A stretch of DNA of 12,723 nt from Archangium sp. (lineage in GTDB: Bacteria; Myxococcota; Myxococcia; Myxococcales; Myxococcaceae), in NCBI GenBank assembly GCA_031367385.1, contig JANLPS010000330.1:1-12723 (forward strand). Direction: 5' to 3'. Numbering within the stretch: the first letter of the stretch is position 1; each line of letters opens with the position of its first letter. Shown piece after piece: positions 8,490-12,723 of this stretch. The notes below the pieces were generated by a model. The model ran no database searches. It was given only the letters and a program-made list of their open reading frames with translations, and was not told where the DNA came from. A program made the translations under genes and the position numbers.

Positions 8490-9773
8490 ATGAAGCACGC
8501 CTCGTTCGTCGTCGCAGTGGTTCTGTTGGGCAGCGGCTGTGGCCCGAACCCTCCCGCCCCGGTGCAGGTGATGGCCGTCGCTCCGACCCAGACCGGAGCG
8601 TATTCGACCCGACAGGTCACCCTTCGCACCATCACCTCGATGACCGCGCTCAAGGGCTCGATCGCCGAATTCACCGGGGGCGCCCGCATCGTCTTCGACG
8701 GCAATGACCCCCTGCAGCAGATCAACGGGGGCCTGGTCGGGCAGAGCGAAGACCAGCGCTTTCAGAGCACCGTCAAAGACAAGGGCCTCGACGTGCGCGG
8801 CAACTACATCGAGCGCGCCGGAGTGCTCTGGCCCGCCGACTTCGACACCTGGAACATGGTGACCACGTATTACAACTTCGAGCAGTCGTACGCGTACTGG
8901 CAGGCCGTCAACACCGGCGTCGATCTGCCCGAGCTTCAGAAGATGCGGGTGTATTACTGGCCCGACGTGCACTTCGACAGCTCCAGCGCGACGACTGACA
9001 ATGCGCTGTTTCTCTCGGTGATCAAGTCGTTCATCATCGTGCCGCAGGGCACCGAGCAGACCATACCCCTGGCGATGAACCTGGGCGTCATCGGCCATGA
9101 GACCGCGCACAAGGTCTTCAACCACCGGGTGATGAACGATGAAGGCATTCACCCCGCACTGGTCAATTGGTCGTTGGCCCCGTTCAATTTGCTCAAGTCG
9201 ATCGACGAGGGCTTCGCCGACTTTCACGGCTACGGCGTCACCTGCGCCAGCGACACCGGCTGCCGGCCACAGTTCTTGAACGTGTCGATTGCAGACACCC
9301 GATCGACCTCGATTCGAGACCTCTCGAACCCGAACGCGTGTCTGACCGAGTCGCTGAAGAGCTCGTTCACCAACTCGAATTCGGCGACGTGGATACGGTC
9401 TCCAGACCTGTACCAGGTGGGCAACATCTTCGCGGCCGCGCTGTACCAGGCTGGCAACCAGTACGCCGGGCTCGCGGGCGTCACCCAGATGGAGCACGCC
9501 CTGCTGGCCTCGTACAACGACCCGACCCCCGGCGCGCTGGGGCTGAGCCAGCTGCTCAATCAGAACATCGCGACGCCGGCGGCGTTCACGCCCGAGGCGG
9601 TGGCGAACTCGATCGCGGCCCACATCTCAGACGCGACGCTGCGCAAGCTCTGGTGCAACGAGATCTCCGACCGAATGGACATGACCACCTGTCTCCCCTT
9701 TCCCTGCCCGACGGTGCTGCCGGCCTGCCCCACGACCTCGAGCCGCGGCACGGTCGCCGCGTGTAACAAGTGA
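8490..9773 (+). CDS. Lipoprotein with gluzincin-type zinc metallopeptidase motifs (427 aa)
   Basis: Signal peptide with lipobox LLGSGC. DNALF precedes VIGHETAH (HEXXH at 9096-9110), and the third-ligand motif IDEGFADF (E at 9207) follows, as in M4/M36-like peptidases. The C-terminus is Cys-rich. Confidence 0.82.
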   Translation: MKHASFVVAVVLLGSGCGPNPPAPVQVMAVAPTQTGAYSTRQVTLRTITSMTALKGSIAEFTGGARIVFDGNDPLQQINGGLVGQSEDQRFQSTVKDKGLDVRGNYIERAGVLWPADFDTWNMVTTYYNFEQSYAYWQAVNTGVDLPELQKMRVYYWPDVHFDSSSATTDNALFLSVIKSFIIVPQGTEQTIPLAMNLGVIGHETAHKVFNHRVMNDEGIHPALVNWSLAPFNLLKSIDEGFADFHGYGVTCASDTGCRPQFLNVSIADTRSTSIRDLSNPNACLTESLKSSFTNSNSATWIRSPDLYQVGNIFAAALYQAGNQYAGLAGVTQMEHALLASYNDPTPGALGLSQLLNQNIATPAAFTPEAVANSIAAHISDATLRKLWCNEISDRMDMTTCLPFPCPTVLPACPTTSSRGTVAACNK

Positions 9774-10510
9774 TGCGGCGCGCTCTGATCTGGCTGTGCT
9801 TGACCCTGGTGGCGGTGCCGGCGTTTGCCGAGACCGACGAGGCCATCCCCTACGACGACAACAAGGGCGACCCCGACCTCGAGGTGGGGCCGAAAAAGAA
9901 GAAGAAAATTCGCCGTGACGAGCGCGTTCGCGAAGACGACGAAGACGCCAAGACCCGCGACGAGACGTTGACCCACCTCGATGACCCCAACGTCGGCCTG
10001 GGCGCCGAGCTGTTCGCCGGAGTGATGCTCCTCGAGTCTTCTCGCGGTGCCGGCGTCGCCCCGCTCTTCTCCTTCGGAGCCCGCGCGACCTGGGAGTTCG
10101 GTCGCCTCATCCCCGACGAGTATCTGCGCGAGATGTTCTTCGCCGACCTGCAATGGCAGTTCGCCCAGTCGACCGACGGCACCACCGAGGTGCACTCGAC
10201 CTCGACCCAGCACTACTTCACGGTCGCCCCAGCCTTCGCGATACCCCTGGGAGACAAGTCACCCATCTCGGTCTACGGCCAGCTGGGCGGCGGTCTCAAC
10301 GCGAACTTCACGTCGCTTATCATCGACAAGACCGAGACTCCGATTACCGGCACCAAGTTCTTGTTTCAGTACGGTATCGGCCTGCGAGGGCGCCCGGCCA
10401 TCGTCGACGACGGCGCACTGCGAATCTCGTTTCGCTTCGAGGTCACCCGGTACCTGCGCGGGTACATGAGCGACACCTTCATCGGCGGCAGCGTCGGCGT
10501 CGTGTTCTGA
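9773..10510 (+). CDS. Outer-membrane beta-barrel protein, probably 8-stranded (OmpA/OmpW-like size)
   Basis: TGATG overlap with the upstream stop (alternative GTG at 9770). Sec signal ending AFA. Alternating strands (GLGAELFAG, FSFGARATWE, FFADLQWQF, YFTVAPAFA, VYGQLGGG, FQYGIGLRG, ISFRFEVTRY) and C-terminal GGSVGVVF ending in Phe, a BAM beta-signal. Confidence 0.8.
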   Translation: MRRALIWLCLTLVAVPAFAETDEAIPYDDNKGDPDLEVGPKKKKKIRRDERVREDDEDAKTRDETLTHLDDPNVGLGAELFAGVMLLESSRGAGVAPLFSFGARATWEFGRLIPDEYLREMFFADLQWQFAQSTDGTTEVHSTSTQHYFTVAPAFAIPLGDKSPISVYGQLGGGLNANFTSLIIDKTETPITGTKFLFQYGIGLRGRPAIVDDGALRISFRFEVTRYLRGYMSDTFIGGSVGVVF

Positions 10511-10513
10511 CCG

Positions 10514-12241
10514 TTACGAGACCCTCACGTCTTTCAGCTTGAGGCTCAGCCGCGACACCCCGCGAAACACGTCGATCGAAATCTGAAACGCCAGGTCGAC
10601 TGGCCCCTCGGTGAGTGGCGCCTTCTCGGCGAACCGAAACCCGATGATGTCGAGCATCGGCGCCGTCTCGAGTGACAGCTTCAAGTGCCCAGGCTCACCC
10701 ACGGTCTTGTTCTGGAGCACCCGTGGGTTCGCCACCTGCTGCCGGGCCGCCAGCACCGGCTCAGGGTTGCCCATGCCGAAGGGCGCCAATTTCTGCAGTG
10801 AATTCACGGTGTCATGGGTCAGCTCTTTGGTCGTCACCACCGCGTCGATGCGGCAGCGCGGCGAGAGCTCATCAGCGGCGAGCCGTTCTGCGGTCACCCG
10901 TTCGAACTCAGCGCGAAACGCGGAGATCAGCTCGGGGTTGATCGACAACCCCGCGGCGGCCTTGTGCCCTCCGAACTTCGAGAGGTGGTGCTCGCAGCCC
11001 TTGAGCGCGTCGTACAGGTGAAACCCCTCGACGCTGCGCCCCGACCCACGCCAGGTGCCCTGGTACGAGCCAATCACCACCGTCGGCCGGTGAAACCGCT
11101 CGACGATGCGCGAGGCGACGATGCCGACCACGCCGGGGTGCCAGCTCTCGTCTGACAGCACCAGCCCGCGCACCCCTCGGGCCACCGCCGCCTCGGCTTG
11201 CTCAATCGCCGCCGAGACCATGCTTCGCTCGATTTGCTGCCGCTCGGCGTTGGCCGAATCGAGCACCTTCGCCAGGGGCAGCGCCTCTTCGTAGGTCTTC
11301 GCGAGCAACAACTGCAGCCCGACCGACGCGTCGTCGAGCCGGCCGGCGGCGTTGATGCGAGGCCCGAGACGAAAGCCCACCTGGCCTGCGGTGATCTCGA
11401 TGCCGGTCAGATCGGCGACGTCTTTGAGCGCCCGAACCCCCGGCCGCCGCGAGTTGGTCAATTCACGCAGCCCGTGGGTGACCAGAATTCGGTTGGCCCC
11501 CACCAGCGGCACCACGTCTGCGACGGTGGCCAGTGCCACCAGATCCATCAATTGTTTCAAGTTCGGCTCGGGCCGCTTCGAGAAAAACCCGCGCTCCCGC
11601 AGCGTCTTTCGCAGCCCCATGCACAGATTGAAGGTCACCCCGCCCGCGCAGAGCCACTTGGTCGGGTAATCACAGCCGGGTTGCAGCGGGTTGAGCACGG
11701 CCAAGGCCGGCGGCATCGTCTCGGGTACCGCGTGGTGATCGACCACGATGACATCGAGCCCCAACGCCCCCGCGCGCGCGACCTCGGCGTGCGAGGTGAT
11801 GCCGCAATCGAGGGTGATCAGCAGCTTCGTACCCTCGGCTGCCAACCGTTCAATGGCCGGCAGGTTCAGCCCATACCCCTCGCCCAACCGGTGGGGAATG
11901 TAGGTGCGAACCTCTAACCCCACGTCGCGCAAGAAGGTCGTGAGCAGCGCGGTCGACGACACGCCATCGACGTCGTAATCGCCGTACAGCGTGACGGAGT
12001 GCTGCTCGAGAATGGCCCGGGCAATTCGCTCGACGGCAGCCGGCATGCCCTTCATGCGAAACGGGTCTGGCAGGTCGGTCAGCGCCTCAGACAAGAACGC
12101 CCGCGCCGACTCTTCGGTGGCGTACCCCCGGTTGATCAGCACCCGCGCGGCCACGGGGTGAAGCTCGAGCGCACGCGCCAACTCGTGCTCGGCATCGAGC
12201 ACCTCATTCGCCTTCGGCATGACCCAGCGCAGGTTCGTCAC
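10514..12241 (-). CDS. recJ: Single-stranded-DNA-specific exonuclease RecJ
   Basis: YGDYDVDG, YIPHRLGEGYG, ITLDCG, VVDHH, DLVALATVADVVPL.GANR, FRLGPRINAAGRL, WHPGVVGIVASR, GSGRS, FGGHKAAAG and PFGMGNPEP. The start is uncertain: GTG 12241, just before the usual RW, or ATG 12271. Confidence 0.97.
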   Translation of the reverse strand: MTNLRWVMPKANEVLDAEHELARALELHPVAARVLINRGYATEESARAFLSEALTDLPDPFRMKGMPAAVERIARAILEQHSVTLYGDYDVDGVSSTALLTTFLRDVGLEVRTYIPHRLGEGYGLNLPAIERLAAEGTKLLITLDCGITSHAEVARAGALGLDVIVVDHHAVPETMPPALAVLNPLQPGCDYPTKWLCAGGVTFNLCMGLRKTLRERGFFSKRPEPNLKQLMDLVALATVADVVPLVGANRILVTHGLRELTNSRRPGVRALKDVADLTGIEITAGQVGFRLGPRINAAGRLDDASVGLQLLLAKTYEEALPLAKVLDSANAERQQIERSMVSAAIEQAEAAVARGVRGLVLSDESWHPGVVGIVASRIVERFHRPTVVIGSYQGTWRGSGRSVEGFHLYDALKGCEHHLSKFGGHKAAAGLSINPELISAFRAEFERVTAERLAADELSPRCRIDAVVTTKELTHDTVNSLQKLAPFGMGNPEPVLAARQQVANPRVLQNKTVGEPGHLKLSLETAPMLDIIGFRFAEKAPLTEGPVDLAFQISIDVFRGVSRLSLKLKDVRVS

Positions 12242-12381
12242 GACTTCTCGAGTACCACACGGCACTGACATCTCGAATGAATCGCGACGATGCCCGGGGC
12301 ACGACCAGAGAAAGAAGCGTGTCTGATTACAAGGGGATCGACGAAGCCGTTGGCTGTACTAAACAACCGAGGGTGCGGCCG

Positions 12382-12723
12382 ATGAAGACCTCGTTGCTGA
12401 TGGTGGCGATCGTGGCCTGCAGCAGCACCGCGTGGAAGACGCGCGTGCCGCTCGACACAGAAAAGGTCACGAAAGAGGGCCTGGTTGAGGTCACCGGGCT
12501 CGGCATCGACCCATTCGCGCGAGTGCCGAAGGCGAGGTACCGAGTGTCGTTCACCACCACGACCCTCTCCGCGGGAGTCGCTCCAGACTGCGTCGAGACG
12601 ATCGAAGGCGTGTGCGTGACGAGGTACTGCGAGCTGCCGCTGCCCGATGCGGGCCCACGAGATTCAGGCGTCGTGCATGACTCGCCCGGCCGAATCGACT
12701 TCGCGGCCGCCACCTTCGACGGA
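12382..12723 (+). CDS. Putative lipoprotein, N-terminal part; runs off the right edge
   Basis: Absent from the ORF track. ATG 12382 follows GAGGG and the frame is open to the end: MKTSLLMVAIVACSSTAWKTRVP...PDCVETIEGVCVTRYCELPLPDAGPRDSG...SPGRIDF. Lipobox IVAC and a three-Cys cluster. Confidence 0.7.
   Translation, partial: MKTSLLMVAIVACSSTAWKTRVPLDTEKVTKEGLVEVTGLGIDPFARVPKARYRVSFTTTTLSAGVAPDCVETIEGVCVTRYCELPLPDAGPRDSGVVHDSPGRIDFAAATFDG

Noticed and set aside
9773..10510. Naming the barrel as a gliding motility protein (Cgl/Glt)
   Set aside because: I cannot recognise sequence identity to those proteins and no gliding genes are adjacent.
12327..12713. 128-aa minus-strand ORF
   Set aside because: Antisense to a lipoprotein frame that has an SD-like sequence and lipobox.

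Overview
GC-rich bacterial chromosomal window, most likely from a myxobacterium (Myxococcota). This is inferred from the TPGGARNF variant of AspRS, the Cys-rich lipoproteins with DAG linkers and the overall gene mix. Twelve coding regions are supported: a partial MMPL/RND transporter (missed by the ORF track), a SpoIIAA/STAS-like small protein, an SRPBCC-TIGR01777 fusion, a GHSQG alpha/beta-hydrolase coupled to a small type III chaperone-like protein, a di-heme RoxA/MauG-motif cytochrome c, a DUF1554/endostatin-like lipoprotein, aspS, an HEXXH metallopeptidase lipoprotein coupled to an outer-membrane beta-barrel, recJ, and a partial lipoprotein at the right edge (also missed by the ORF track). 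There is one REP-like element with a 7-bp tandem expansion, and candidate sigma70 and sigma54 promoters sit almost directly on start codons. The best candidate for an undescribed system is the hydrolase plus chaperone-like pair (2693-4053), which looks like an orphan effector-chaperone or toxin-immunity cassette. The second is the protease lipoprotein plus beta-barrel pair (8490-10510). No rRNA, tRNA, CRISPR array or transposase was seen. All family calls come from motif recognition by eye, not database searches.
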